Source: Spirochaetia bacterium (GTDB taxonomy: Bacteria; Spirochaetota; Spirochaetia; DSM-2461). From it: a stretch of 64,000 nt of DNA. The stretch spans positions 2,336,001 through 2,400,000 of the forward strand of contig OY764216.1 of assembly GCA_963668315.1 (NCBI GenBank), read 5' to 3'. Positions within the stretch are counted from its first letter, which is position 1. Each line of letters starts with the position of its first letter. Positions 21,359 through 31,514 of the stretch are shown piece by piece. The notes under the pieces are model-generated. The model did not search any database. It was not told the origin of the DNA and worked only from the letters and a program-made list of their open reading frames with translations. The position numbers were made by a program, and so were the translations under genes.

Positions 21359-23482
21359 TTAGCAGATCAGGGAAAAATCTTTCTGAAGGGGAGCCGCACC
21401 ACCCAGTTCCAAAGCTCTCGGAACAGGTGCGGACCCGGCCAGGGTTGCTGTAAAGCGGCCCGACTGAAGGACCTCCTTTCCCTCATCGTCGAAGAGGGTT
21501 AAATCCTCCCCTCCCAGGGTGAAAGAAATCTCCTTCGTTTCTCCCGGTTTCAGGGAAAGGCGTGAAAAATCCTTGAGAGAGAAGAGGGGCGTTCGGAAAG
21601 GCCGGTCCAGGGCGGTCAGGTAGAGCTGAACCACTTCTTCCCCTTCCCTTGTTCCCGTATTGGTTACTTGCGCCGTCACCGTCAGCTTATCCTCCCTGCC
21701 GACCGCTTCCTTTGAGAGGGACATCCGGGAATAGGCGAACTGCGTATAGGAGAGTCCGAAACCGAAGGGATACTGGGGCTTTTTCTCCATATAGCGGTAG
21801 GTGCGACCCTTCATGGAGTAGTCTTCAAAGGGAGGGAGATCTTCCAGACGGGCCGGGAAGGTGATGGGAAGGCGGCCCGAAGGATTGATATCGCCGAACA
21901 GGATATCGCTCAAACCGTTTCCTCCCTCTTCTCCGGGATAGCAGCACCAGAGCACGGCGTCGGCCAGTTCATGCACTTCGTCCAGAATGAGGGGACTGCC
22001 GGAGATGACAACTACAATAAGTTTGGACTTTCTCTGGCTCACCTTTTTCAGGAATTCCAGCTGTTCGCCGGGGAGTTTGAGGTCAAGGCGGTCGCCCAGC
22101 ATGGAGGAGGCGATGGAATCCCCCTCTTCTCCTTCCAGCCGCTGGTCCAGGCCCATGACGGCGATGGTGTACTCGTAATTGTCCGCCTCGTAAACGGCCC
22201 ATTGGATGGGGTTCTCATTGGGATGGTCTATCATGACGCCCGGCCGGTATTCCACTGTCGTGCCCGAGGAAACCCGGGCGGAGATTCCTTCGAAGGGCGT
22301 AACGATGTGGGGGTTGCTGCCGTAATAGTTGCCGATCATCGCCTCTATGTTGGCCGCATTGGGCCCGAGCACCTGGATTTTCTTGATCCCTTCGCCCAGG
22401 GGAAGGATATGGTTGTCGTTTTTCAGAAGAACCACCGATTGGGCGGCGATTTTCCGGGCAAGGGAGCGGTGTTCAGGACAGTCTATGACGCTTTCTTCGA
22501 TATTCTTCCAGGGATCTTCCCCGGGGGGATCGAACATGCCCAGTCTGATGCGGGACCGAAGGGCTCTCCGCAGGCAGGTATCCACGTCCGATTCGCTTAT
22601 CAGCTTCTGTGCCAGGGCCTCCGTCATAAGGGAATAGGTGCTGCCGCAGTTTATGTCGCAGCCGTTCTTCAAAGCCAGGGCTACCGATTCTTCCGGGGTT
22701 TTCGTTATTTTATGGGTTTCGTGAAAATTCTGTATGGCCCAGCAGTCGGAAACCACATGGCCCGAAAATCCCCACTCTTTCCTGAGGATTTTCACAAGAA
22801 GGGTTTCGCTGCCGCAGCAGGGTTCGCCGTTCGTTCTGTTATAGGCGCCCATCACTGCTTCCACATTCGCCTTGGTTACCAGATCCCGAAAGGCGGGAAG
22901 ATAGGTCTCCCGCAGGTCTTTTTCGTCTACCCGGGCGTCGAACTCATGGCGGAGGGACTCCGGTCCCGAATGGACGGCGAAATGCTTGGCGCAGGCGGCG
23001 GCTTTCAGCTTTTCCGGATGGTCTCCCTGCAGCCCCCTTACGAAGGACATGCCCAGCCTGCTCGTCAGGCAGGGGTCTTCCCCGTAGGTTTCCTGGCCCC
23101 GGCCCCAGCGGGGATCGCGGAATATATTGATATTGGGCGTCCAGTAGGTCAGTCCCATATATTGACCCCTGTTGCCTTCGGATACCGCCTTATAGTATTT
23201 GGCCCGGCCCTCGTCGGATATCGCTCCGGCTATCTCTTCCATCAGTTCCGCATTAAAGGCGGAGGCCATGCCCAGAGCCTGGGGAAAGATGGTGGCCCGC
23301 CCGGCCCTGGCTATCCCGTGGAGGCATTCGTTCCACCAGTTGTACGCGGGAATCCCCAGCCGGGGAATCGCCTTGCTCGTATAGAGAAGCTGAGATGTTT
23401 TTTCCTCAAGGGTCATCTCATTTATCAGGCTTTCTATACGCTCTTCCACGGGCAGAGACGAATCAAACCATTTTTGTTCCAT
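21359..23482 (-). CDS. GH3 beta-xylosidase/beta-glucosidase with Fn3-like C-terminus
   Basis: WWNECLHG, RDPRWGRGQETYGED, KHF, VVSDC and YPFGFGLSYT; no signal peptide. Confidence 0.93.
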   Translation of the reverse strand: MEQKWFDSSLPVEERIESLINEMTLEEKTSQLLYTSKAIPRLGIPAYNWWNECLHGIARAGRATIFPQALGMASAFNAELMEEIAGAISDEGRAKYYKAVSEGNRGQYMGLTYWTPNINIFRDPRWGRGQETYGEDPCLTSRLGMSFVRGLQGDHPEKLKAAACAKHFAVHSGPESLRHEFDARVDEKDLRETYLPAFRDLVTKANVEAVMGAYNRTNGEPCCGSETLLVKILRKEWGFSGHVVSDCWAIQNFHETHKITKTPEESVALALKNGCDINCGSTYSLMTEALAQKLISESDVDTCLRRALRSRIRLGMFDPPGEDPWKNIEESVIDCPEHRSLARKIAAQSVVLLKNDNHILPLGEGIKKIQVLGPNAANIEAMIGNYYGSNPHIVTPFEGISARVSSGTTVEYRPGVMIDHPNENPIQWAVYEADNYEYTIAVMGLDQRLEGEEGDSIASSMLGDRLDLKLPGEQLEFLKKVSQRKSKLIVVVISGSPLILDEVHELADAVLWCCYPGEEGGNGLSDILFGDINPSGRLPITFPARLEDLPPFEDYSMKGRTYRYMEKKPQYPFGFGLSYTQFAYSRMSLSKEAVGREDKLTVTAQVTNTGTREGEEVVQLYLTALDRPFRTPLFSLKDFSRLSLKPGETKEISFTLGGEDLTLFDDEGKEVLQSGRFTATLAGSAPVPRALELGGAAPLQKDFSLIC

Positions 23483-23578
23483 AGGGACTCCTTTCAGTCA
23501 TAATCAAATGAGCCTGGTTTACTGTATAAAGTCTCTTAATTATAGTGTTCCCCATTGAAGTCACACAGGTAACATATT

Positions 23579-24352
23579 ATGATATTCTTGAGTGATATTG
23601 ACATGGGGGAGAGTGGCTTGGGACAGGCTGATTTTTATTTCGGCTACCTTAACAGGGATTTCAGACGCCATTGTCACGACTGTTTCGAGTTTCACTATGT
23701 TCTGAAGGGAAACGGCTTCTTCCGGCAGGCCGGGGTGGATATTCCCTTTCTGCCCGATAGCTTTCACATCTCCCGGCCCGGAGAGGAACATGCCCTTATC
23801 ATAGAAGGGGAGCTCACCTTCTATTATATCCAATACAGACCGGACGGGGATGATCTCCCATTTCTCCTGGGGCTGGAAAGCCATTACGCCGTTCCCCGGG
23901 AGAGCCGCCATGATTTTTCCCGTATGCGCCTGCTCCTGGGGGAAGAGGGCCCTGCCGGTAGGGCAGGGGAGCATCTGCTTCTCTCCTTTCTCTACTCCCT
24001 GACCGCCGGAACCCACAGCAGCCGCTTTCAGCAGAAACCCCTGATTCAGGCCCATGAGTATATGATGGAAAATCTCTCCCATAAAATCACCCTTCAGGAA
24101 CTGGCCGATCACGTCCATCTGGAAAAACACTATTTCTGCCGGCTCTTCAAGGTGGGCGCTCATATGTCTCCCCTGGCCTATTTTGAGCGGCTGAAGATGG
24201 ATGCCGCCTGCTCCATGATAGATCAGGGGGTACGGGGCTATCTGATCGCCGAATATCTGGGATTCTGCGACGAGACCTATTTCAGCCGCCGTTTCAGCAG
24301 GATTGTCGGAATGAGCCCGGGTGAGTACAGAAAGAACGGCCGGAAGAACTAG
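23579..24352 (+). CDS. AraC family transcriptional regulator
   Basis: N-terminal cupin (HCHDCFE); C-terminal double HTH (GFCDETYFSRRF..SPGEYR). Confidence 0.9.
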   Translation: MIFLSDIDMGESGLGQADFYFGYLNRDFRRHCHDCFEFHYVLKGNGFFRQAGVDIPFLPDSFHISRPGEEHALIIEGELTFYYIQYRPDGDDLPFLLGLESHYAVPRESRHDFSRMRLLLGEEGPAGRAGEHLLLSFLYSLTAGTHSSRFQQKPLIQAHEYMMENLSHKITLQELADHVHLEKHYFCRLFKVGAHMSPLAYFERLKMDAACSMIDQGVRGYLIAEYLGFCDETYFSRRFSRIVGMSPGEYRKNGRKN

Positions 24353-25059
24353 GCCTGCATGAAGGGATTGATCCGGATGGCGCTGGCGTAGAGATAGGGA
24401 TAGGCCTCCTTGAGGTAGACAAGATAGTGAACCCAGCCGGCGGCAAGGTTGCGGTAGACCCTTTCCATATCGACTTTCAGATGGCTTCTATCCTGATCGG
24501 AGAGTGCCCTTCCTTCCCGCTGATTGAGTTCTTCCAGCAGATGGAAGACGCTCATCAGGCTTTCGGTGAAAAGTTCATGCTCATGAAGGGCCTGATTGGT
24601 GAGCATATTCATAATGAGAGTCAGCTTTTCTTCGATTTTCAGCCGAAAGGGGGCGTAATCCGCCTTCTCCAGATTCAGGCTGAGCTTCTGGGCGGTCAGA
24701 TACTTGTTGAGGCCGTCATAGTCCTCCTCGTTCCAGTTCGCCTGTACTTCGGTCTTTTTCTGGTCAAGAGTGCCGTCATAACGGGACAGCATGGTCAACA
24801 GGGTACTGCCCAGCTCCTGGTAGAATAGGCCGACCATCATATTGGCTTTTTCCTTAAGCTGATCCTTTTCGCGTTTTTCTATGAATTTATCCAGTACGAA
24901 GGTGACGAAGAAGACTTCCAGGGGAATGAAGGCGATGTCTCCCCACAGATAGATGACCAGATGGTGGAGATCTTTAAAAATCAGTAAATGGATAAGGTGC
25001 AGAATGGCGGACAGGCCGATAAGACCCAGTCCCAGAAAGAGGGTTCGTCTTTTTTTCAT
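24349..25059 (-). CDS. Hypothetical membrane protein
   Basis: Two N-terminal hydrophobic helices then a helical soluble domain. Confidence 0.7.
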   Translation of the reverse strand: MKKRRTLFLGLGLIGLSAILHLIHLLIFKDLHHLVIYLWGDIAFIPLEVFFVTFVLDKFIEKREKDQLKEKANMMVGLFYQELGSTLLTMLSRYDGTLDQKKTEVQANWNEEDYDGLNKYLTAQKLSLNLEKADYAPFRLKIEEKLTLIMNMLTNQALHEHELFTESLMSVFHLLEELNQREGRALSDQDRSHLKVDMERVYRNLAAGWVHYLVYLKEAYPYLYASAIRINPFMQA

Positions 25060-25129
25060 ATTTCTTCTCTTTTATCGATATGATTGGATTTCCCTCCGGC
25101 TTCGGCGCCGGAAAAAGGGGAGGGATAAT

Positions 25130-25156
25130 AAAAAAGCCCGGGCCAGGACCCGGGCT
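25130..25156 (-). terminator. Intrinsic terminator of the arg operon
   Basis: AGCCCGGG..CCCGGGCT followed by a T-tract on the minus strand. Confidence 0.7.
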
Positions 25157-25176
25157 CCAGTCAGCAGGACCGGTTT

Positions 25177-26460
25177 TTATTTCTCGTGAAAAGTGGCGGC
25201 CACGTTTTTCATTTCCACAGCCTGACCGGAATCGTCCTGAAGTTTCTTGTGTACCATGGCGGTAACACCAGTGGAGAGTCCGAAGAGGTTAATAAAACCT
25301 TCCGCATCGTGATGATCGTAGCTTGACTCGCCGAAGGAGGCCAGATCTTCCAGGTAAAGGGCGTAGGGGGATTTACGTCCTACCACCGTAGCATTTCCCT
25401 TATACAGGGAGAGACGTACCGAACCGGTGGTGAACTCCATGGTTTTCTTCATGAACTCATCCAGGGCCTGGCGAGAGGTGGTGTACCACTTTCCGGCATA
25501 AACCAGATTGGAATACTCGCAGGAAAGCATCTGCTTCAGATGAAGGGCGTCAAAGTTGATAGTGAACATCTCCAGGTCGCGCAGAGCCTTATGCAGGATG
25601 GTACCGCCGGGAGTTTCGTACACACCGCGGCTCTTCATCCCGACCATACGGGTTTCCACGATATCCACCCGGCCGATACCGTTGGCGGCGGCCACGGTAT
25701 TCAGCTTCTTGAGCAGTTCAAAGGGAGCGACTTTCTCGCCGTTCATTCCCACGGGGATACCCTTCTCGAACTCAATGGTGATTTCCGTCTCCTCATCGGG
25801 AGCTTCCTTGGGGGATTTGGTCAGCTGGAACATGCTCTCCTGGGGTCTGTTCCAGGGATCTTCCAGATCGCCGCCCTCGTGGCTCATGTGCCAGATGTTC
25901 CAGTCACGGGAGTAGATATTCTTTTTGGAGATATTTCCGATGTTGATATTGTGGTTCTGGGCATATTCGATGGCGTCTTCACGGCTTCTGATATCCCAGA
26001 TTCTCCAGGGGGCGATGACCTTGAGGTGGGGAGCCAGCGCTTTGTAAGTCAGCTCGAAGCGGACCTGGTCGTTACCTTTACCGGTACAGCCGTGACAAAG
26101 GGCGTCGCAGCCTTCCTGAAGGGCGAAATCAACCTGATATTTGGCCTGGAGGGGGCGGGCGATGGAAGTACCCAGCAGGTACTGTCCCTCGTAGATGGCT
26201 CCGGCACGCAGCATGGGGAAAATCATTTCAGAAGCCAGTTCGTCTCTGATATCGGCTGCCACGAATTTGCTGGCACCCGCATTGAGAGCCTTGGCTTCCA
26301 TGCCCTCCCAGTTCTCGTCCTGTCCCACGTTGGTGCAGATGGCCACTACTTCGGCATTGTTGTAGTTTTCCTTCAGCCAGGGGATGATTATGGACGTATC
26401 CAGTCCGCCCGAATAGGCCAGACAGATTTTTTTGATTTCGTCGTTTTTCACTGTACTCAT
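25177..26460 (-). CDS. argG: Argininosuccinate synthase
   Basis: LAYSGGLDTS, HGCTGKGNDQVRFE and KSRGVYETPG. Confidence 0.97.
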   Translation of the reverse strand: MSTVKNDEIKKICLAYSGGLDTSIIIPWLKENYNNAEVVAICTNVGQDENWEGMEAKALNAGASKFVAADIRDELASEMIFPMLRAGAIYEGQYLLGTSIARPLQAKYQVDFALQEGCDALCHGCTGKGNDQVRFELTYKALAPHLKVIAPWRIWDIRSREDAIEYAQNHNINIGNISKKNIYSRDWNIWHMSHEGGDLEDPWNRPQESMFQLTKSPKEAPDEETEITIEFEKGIPVGMNGEKVAPFELLKKLNTVAAANGIGRVDIVETRMVGMKSRGVYETPGGTILHKALRDLEMFTINFDALHLKQMLSCEYSNLVYAGKWYTTSRQALDEFMKKTMEFTTGSVRLSLYKGNATVVGRKSPYALYLEDLASFGESSYDHHDAEGFINLFGLSTGVTAMVHKKLQDDSGQAVEMKNVAATFHEK

Positions 26461-26479
26461 ATAATACTCCTTTCGGCGA

Positions 26480-27688
26480 TTAAGCCGATAACACTTCTTT
26501 TATAGATTCTTCGAGAAGGGCGATGCCTTCCTTAATTTCCACTTCGGTAATGACCAGGGGGGGGGCCAGACGGATCACATTGCTGCCGGCCCGGAGAATC
26601 AAAAGTCCCCGGGAGCGGGCTTCGGTGATGATATCCCCGATTTTTCCCGCCTGTTCCTGGTCATCCAGAGCGAGTCCCATCAAGAGACCGGCTCCCACCA
26701 CATGGCACTTAAGGCCCAGGTTTTCTCCCGTTTTCCTGAGCTCTCCCGCAAGGATCTCTCCCTTTTTGCGCACATCGGCCAGGAATGTCTCATCGGTGAG
26801 GATGTCCCAGACATAGGAGCCGATGGCGGTGGTGACCGGGCCGCCTCCGAAAGTACCGCCGTGGTCGCCCAGATGAACCAGTTCGTTCACCTTTTCGGGG
26901 ATCAGGGTGGCCGACAGGGGCAGTCCCGCCGCCAGGGGTTTGGCGAAGGTGACAATATCCGGCTTAAGCCCGCTCAGCTTGGAGGAAAAGATCTCCCCGC
27001 ACCGGCCGAGGCCCGCCTGCACTTCGTCGGCAATAATCAGTATGTCCTTCTCGGCGCAGATGCTGTTGAGGGCGGCGGCGAACTCCTTCGTCATGGGGGT
27101 GCATCCCCCTTCGCCCTGCAGGGGCTCCACAATCACGGCGCAGAATTTATCGGTCAGCACCTCTTTCAGCTGCTCTACGTTATTAAACTCGGCAAAATGG
27201 AAACCCGGTGCCATCGGCTCATAGGATTCCCGGTATTTCTGGGTGGACGTAGCCGCCAGAGCGCCCATGGTCCTTCCGTGAAAACTGCCGGTAAAGGAGA
27301 GAAAATGGAAGCAGTCGGGGCTTTTTTTCCTCTTCCCGTAGATGCGGGCGTATTTCAAAGCCGCTTCATTGGCTTCGGAACCGCTGTTTCCGAAATGAAC
27401 CGCGGCGAAATCGCCGGAGGCGACCATTTTTTCAGCCAGTTCCAGGGCGGGTTTGTTTGCATAGAGATTGGACACATGGATGAGTTTTTTCATCTGATCC
27501 GCCGCGATTTCCGCCAGATCATCACGGCCGTAGCCGAGGGCGTTTACCGCGATACCCGCCGCAAAATCCCTGTATCGATTCCTGTCCGCGTCATAAAGAT
27601 AGATACCTTCTCCTCGGTCAAGAAGAAGAAATTCGGAAGCGTAGTTCCGGGGGTAGGGTGGGTTTTTGACGATAGACGGTTGAATCAT
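26480..27688 (-). CDS. argD: Acetylornithine aminotransferase
   Basis: NSGSEANE, SFHGRT, EPLQGEGG, DEVQAG and FAKPLA; arg operon context. Confidence 0.92.
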   Translation of the reverse strand: MIQPSIVKNPPYPRNYASEFLLLDRGEGIYLYDADRNRYRDFAAGIAVNALGYGRDDLAEIAADQMKKLIHVSNLYANKPALELAEKMVASGDFAAVHFGNSGSEANEAALKYARIYGKRKKSPDCFHFLSFTGSFHGRTMGALAATSTQKYRESYEPMAPGFHFAEFNNVEQLKEVLTDKFCAVIVEPLQGEGGCTPMTKEFAAALNSICAEKDILIIADEVQAGLGRCGEIFSSKLSGLKPDIVTFAKPLAAGLPLSATLIPEKVNELVHLGDHGGTFGGGPVTTAIGSYVWDILTDETFLADVRKKGEILAGELRKTGENLGLKCHVVGAGLLMGLALDDQEQAGKIGDIITEARSRGLLILRAGSNVIRLAPPLVITEVEIKEGIALLEESIKEVLSA

Positions 27689-27744
27689 AGGGGTTCTCCT
27701 TTGGCTGTAAGGGCGACAGGAAGCCGATCAGCCTTTGCATTATA

Positions 27745-28527
27745 TTAAAGGGTAATTTCCGTACCCTTTTTATTCTCGATCATATCCTTAAGATCGCCGG
27801 AAGAGCGATAATCGGATATAACTATGGCCGAAACGCCTTTTTTCAAGGCTTCCAGGGAGGACTGCACTTTGGGAATCATTCCGCCGGTGATGATTTTATC
27901 TTCGATGGCGCTTCCGATTTCCCCTTCATCCATGGCGTGGATGAGGCGGCCCTCATTCAGTATTCCCGGTATGTCCGAGATAAATAGCAACCGCGAAGCA
28001 TTGAGGGCTTCCGCCACTCCCAGGGCCGCTTCATCGGCATTGATATTGATGCCCCGTCCCTCATTGTCATAGGAGACGGAAGAGATGATGGGCATAAACC
28101 CGTTTTCCCAAAGCAGAGTGACAAGGGAGGGATCGCAGCTGGCAATACTGCCGCTTCTGTTCTCCTTTCCCAGGCAGGGGCCGAAGCTCTTTCCCGAGAA
28201 AAGGGCGCCGTCGCACCCCGAGATTCCCACGCTGTTCAGTCCGGCCTTGCGGAAGAGACGCACCAGGTATTTATTCATTTTTCCGGCCAGACCCATGTCC
28301 ACGATATCCATCTCCTCGGGGGCGGTTATCCGTTTCCCGTCGGCAAACAGGGGTTCAATACCGTATACTTTCTGTATGGAGGAGACGGCGGCGCCTCCTC
28401 CGTGGACGAGAAGCATTTCATATTTCTGTGAGAGGGAAGCCATCTCTCCGGCAAGGGAGAACAGGGCTTTTTCCTCTTCGGCGGCCCGACCGCCGATTTT
28501 TATGACAATCCGTTCTTTATCAGCCAT
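27745..28527 (-). CDS. argB: Acetylglutamate kinase
   Basis: VIKIGG, VHGGG, NINAD and GGMIPKV. Confidence 0.95.
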   Translation of the reverse strand: MADKERIVIKIGGRAAEEEKALFSLAGEMASLSQKYEMLLVHGGGAAVSSIQKVYGIEPLFADGKRITAPEEMDIVDMGLAGKMNKYLVRLFRKAGLNSVGISGCDGALFSGKSFGPCLGKENRSGSIASCDPSLVTLLWENGFMPIISSVSYDNEGRGININADEAALGVAEALNASRLLFISDIPGILNEGRLIHAMDEGEIGSAIEDKIITGGMIPKVQSSLEALKKGVSAIVISDYRSSGDLKDMIENKKGTEITL

Positions 28528-28541
28528 CTTTTCCCTGCTCC

Positions 28542-29498
28542 TTACGCCGTAAGTCCCCGGTCTTCGGGAAAACCGAGAAGGATATTCATATTCTGAACGG
28601 CGGCGCCCGAGGCACCTTTGCCCAGGTTATCGAGACGGCTCATGACAACGGCCTGGTCTTCATTGGCATAGACGAAAAGATCAAGCCGGTTGGTATCGTT
28701 GCATCCCTGGGGATGAAAGAATGTACCGTCGATGAAGTCTTCCTGGTCTCCCAGGGGCATAACGCGGACAAACTTCTCATCGCCATAATGATCGGCCAGA
28801 CATTCATGGATTTTCGAAGCGCTGTTCACACCGTTCATTAGGGGCATGAAAAGGGGAACCGAAACAACCATCCCTTTATAGAAGGGGCCGACCATCGGCA
28901 TGAAGAGGGGCGCTTTGCTTAATCCGGTCACGGCAGACATTTCCGGAAGATGCTTGTGGGTCAGTGAGAGACCATAGTGATGGGGGCCCTCTTTGAAGTC
29001 AGCATCGGTGGCGGGATCGGTATACTTCTCTATCAGTTTTTTTCCGGCGCCGCTGTAACCCGAAAGGGACGTACAGACCAGATCGCTCTCCCTGGGAAGA
29101 AGACCCTGCTCTACCAGAGGATAGACTGCGGCTATGAATCCCGTGGCGTGGCATCCGGGATTAGCAATAAAACGGGATGATCCGATCTTCTTCCGGAATT
29201 CCGGTGAAAGCTCGGGAAAACCGTAGGTCCAGCCGGGATGGGTCCTGTGGGCCGTACTGGCGTCAATGACGCAGGTTTTATCGTTTTCAATCAGCGATAC
29301 CGATTCTTTGGCCGCCTGGTCGGGCAGACAGAGGAAGAGGAGATCGGCTTCATTTATGTACTGTTTTTTTCCTGCCGGATCCTTTCTAAGCTCTTCCGGT
29401 ATGGTTATGATTTCAATGTCGTCACGTTGTGCCAGACGCTCGTGTATCATCAGGCCGGTTGTACCGACCTGACCATCAATAAATATTTTCGGTTTCAT
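28542..29498 (-). CDS. argC: N-acetyl-gamma-glutamyl-phosphate reductase (short type 2)
   Basis: FIDGQVGTTG, DASTAHR, ANPGCHATG and DNLGKGASGAA. Confidence 0.95.
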   Translation of the reverse strand: MKPKIFIDGQVGTTGLMIHERLAQRDDIEIITIPEELRKDPAGKKQYINEADLLFLCLPDQAAKESVSLIENDKTCVIDASTAHRTHPGWTYGFPELSPEFRKKIGSSRFIANPGCHATGFIAAVYPLVEQGLLPRESDLVCTSLSGYSGAGKKLIEKYTDPATDADFKEGPHHYGLSLTHKHLPEMSAVTGLSKAPLFMPMVGPFYKGMVVSVPLFMPLMNGVNSASKIHECLADHYGDEKFVRVMPLGDQEDFIDGTFFHPQGCNDTNRLDLFVYANEDQAVVMSRLDNLGKGASGAAVQNMNILLGFPEDRGLTA

Positions 29499-29971
29499 TT
29501 GGGCAGCTCCAGTTCGGGGACAATCTCTCCCAGGCAGGAAAGGAAATCCTCCTGTTTCACCCCTTCGGAAAGAATAATCAGTATGGTATCGTCACCGGCG
29601 ATCGTACCGGTAATTTCGTCAAGATCCAGCCGGTCGAGGGCAAAAGCCACCGTATTGGCGTGACCCGGCAGGGTATGCATGACGACAAGATTGCCCGAAA
29701 AAGCCAGGGCAATATATCCTCTTTTAATATCATCAAGAAAATGCTCGGTGGTTTCCTTGTTCATTTTCTGATCGGGGAGAGTGTAATAATATCCCCGGTG
29801 TCCGTCGGAAACCTTGCCGACTTTCAGACTTTTCAGATCACGGGAGAGGGTTGCCTGAGTCACATGGACGTTCTCCTCCTTTAATAAAAGGAGCAGCTGT
29901 TCCTGGCTGGAAATCTTCTTTTCCGTAATGAGGTTTTTAATGATATTCAAACGCATTGTTCTATCAAACAT
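29495..29971 (-). CDS. argR: Arginine repressor
   Basis: VTQATLSRDL and GTIAGDDT; start 29971 or 29956. Confidence 0.95.
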   Translation of the reverse strand: MFDRTMRLNIIKNLITEKKISSQEQLLLLLKEENVHVTQATLSRDLKSLKVGKVSDGHRGYYYTLPDQKMNKETTEHFLDDIKRGYIALAFSGNLVVMHTLPGHANTVAFALDRLDLDEITGTIAGDDTILIILSEGVKQEDFLSCLGEIVPELELPK

Positions 29972-30008
29972 GTCATATTTATTAACATAAAGCGTATAAA
30001 TATACAAT
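29970..30008. promoter_or_regulatory. Tandem ARG boxes (ArgR operator)
   Basis: AGCGTATAAATATACAAT (17/18 match to WNTGNATWWWWATNCANW) plus a weaker second 18-mer 3 bp away. Confidence 0.75.
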
Positions 30009-30103
30009 ATGTAAAAATTGATAATTGGGAAAAATTACGGGAAAGTAGGAATAATTAAGTGTTATCCCGCCTTGAGCCGATTCTATAAGAAGAGTGGAAC
30101 GAT

Positions 30104-31423
30104 ATGAATCAAAAGTCAATTATCACTGTTCGCCTGTCCGATGACCGGCTGACGGCCTTTATGAGTATAGATTTCGCCGCTGCCGGTGATAATCCTCCCG
30201 ATTACCCTCTGTTGATTTCCCAGCTGGAAGCCTTTGATGTGACTTACGGAATTGACCATGAGGGCATTAAAAAAGCCCTGGAACAGCGGTCGGCCGAGGA
30301 GTTCATTGCCGCGCGGGGAAAAAAAGCCGTAAAGAGCACCCCCTCCTATATCAAAATCAAGAAAGTCCTTTATGAGAGCCGCCCCCCCGTGGAAAAGGAG
30401 GGGCATATCGATTTCAAGATGGTCTCTCCCTTTGTCATGGTGAAGAAGGGGGAAGCCCTTGCCAGAAGGATGGAAGAGATGAAGGGGGAAGAGGGGCGGA
30501 CCGTTACGGGAGAAGTTCTGGAACCGGAAAAGAAGGATATAGAGATTCTGACTCCCGGAGAGAATACCGTGGAGAAAGACGGGGTGTATTATGCCATAAA
30601 GGCGGGACGCTTTGAACTGGATAACCGGATGTTCCAGATAAACGAGGTTCTCGAAATTTCCGGGAATGTCGATTACAGTACAGGCCATATCTCCTTTCCC
30701 GGCGACGTAATCATACACGGCCAGATAAAAGACGGATTCCGTGTCGCGGCGGGGGGAAGCATCCACTGCCGGGAAACCGTCGATGCCTCTGAAGTATTCA
30801 CCCGGAAGGATCTGATTATCGAGGGAGGGATCATCGGGCGGAACAAAGGGGTTGTCCGCGTGAAGGGGAAGGTGGAAACCAAATTCATCGAGCACTGCCA
30901 GGTCGAGGCCCTGGGGGGGATTGCGGTTAAGTCTTCCATCGTCGATTCGGAAATCGCCACTCTGGGAGAACTGGTTCTGCTGCAGAACGGTAAGCTGATA
31001 GGCGGTACCGTCTATGCCGAACAGGGATTGACGACCCATACTCTGGGCAGTCCTTCCAACGGAAACATCAAGGTCAATCTGGGCATCTCCTTTGTCGAGG
31101 CCCGCCATTTGCTGGGGCAGCAGAAAATCCTCCAGGATATCCTCAAAAAGAAAAAAAAGATCAAGTCCATCGCCAGTCAGGAGAAAAGGGAAGAGCTGGA
31201 AGAGAAGGTGGAAAAAGCCATTGAGGCTATCCAGATAAGCATCTCCGAGCAGATTGCCCGGCAGTATACAACCTTCGATGCCGTCCTGAATGTCACGGGA
31301 ACACTATTTCCCGGAGCGGTTATCACCATATGCGACCGAACGGAAATTGTGACGGAAAAAAAGGAACATGTTCAGGTCTATTACAATGAAGGAACCCAGA
31401 AAATAGATTATCGTCCGCTCTGA
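30104..31423 (+). CDS. DUF342/FapA family protein
   Basis: VTYGID, GNVDYSTGHISFPGDV and beta-helix repeats. Confidence 0.88.
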   Translation: MNQKSIITVRLSDDRLTAFMSIDFAAAGDNPPDYPLLISQLEAFDVTYGIDHEGIKKALEQRSAEEFIAARGKKAVKSTPSYIKIKKVLYESRPPVEKEGHIDFKMVSPFVMVKKGEALARRMEEMKGEEGRTVTGEVLEPEKKDIEILTPGENTVEKDGVYYAIKAGRFELDNRMFQINEVLEISGNVDYSTGHISFPGDVIIHGQIKDGFRVAAGGSIHCRETVDASEVFTRKDLIIEGGIIGRNKGVVRVKGKVETKFIEHCQVEALGGIAVKSSIVDSEIATLGELVLLQNGKLIGGTVYAEQGLTTHTLGSPSNGNIKVNLGISFVEARHLLGQQKILQDILKKKKKIKSIASQEKREELEEKVEKAIEAIQISISEQIARQYTTFDAVLNVTGTLFPGAVITICDRTEIVTEKKEHVQVYYNEGTQKIDYRPL

Positions 31424-31437
31424 GGGGGAGGATAGAA

Positions 31438-31477
31438 TAAAAACGGGCGGTCCAGTGTGGAACCGCCCGTTTTTTTA
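31438..31477. terminator. Bidirectional intrinsic terminator
   Basis: AAAAACGGGCGG..CCGCCCGTTTTTTT between convergent genes. Confidence 0.85.
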
Positions 31478-31514
31478 TAGAAAGTACCGGTTTGAAAACC
31501 GGATCACAGATTCC

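Noticed and set aside
21971..23503. 510-aa plus-strand ORF
   Set aside because: Antisense shadow of the GH3 gene
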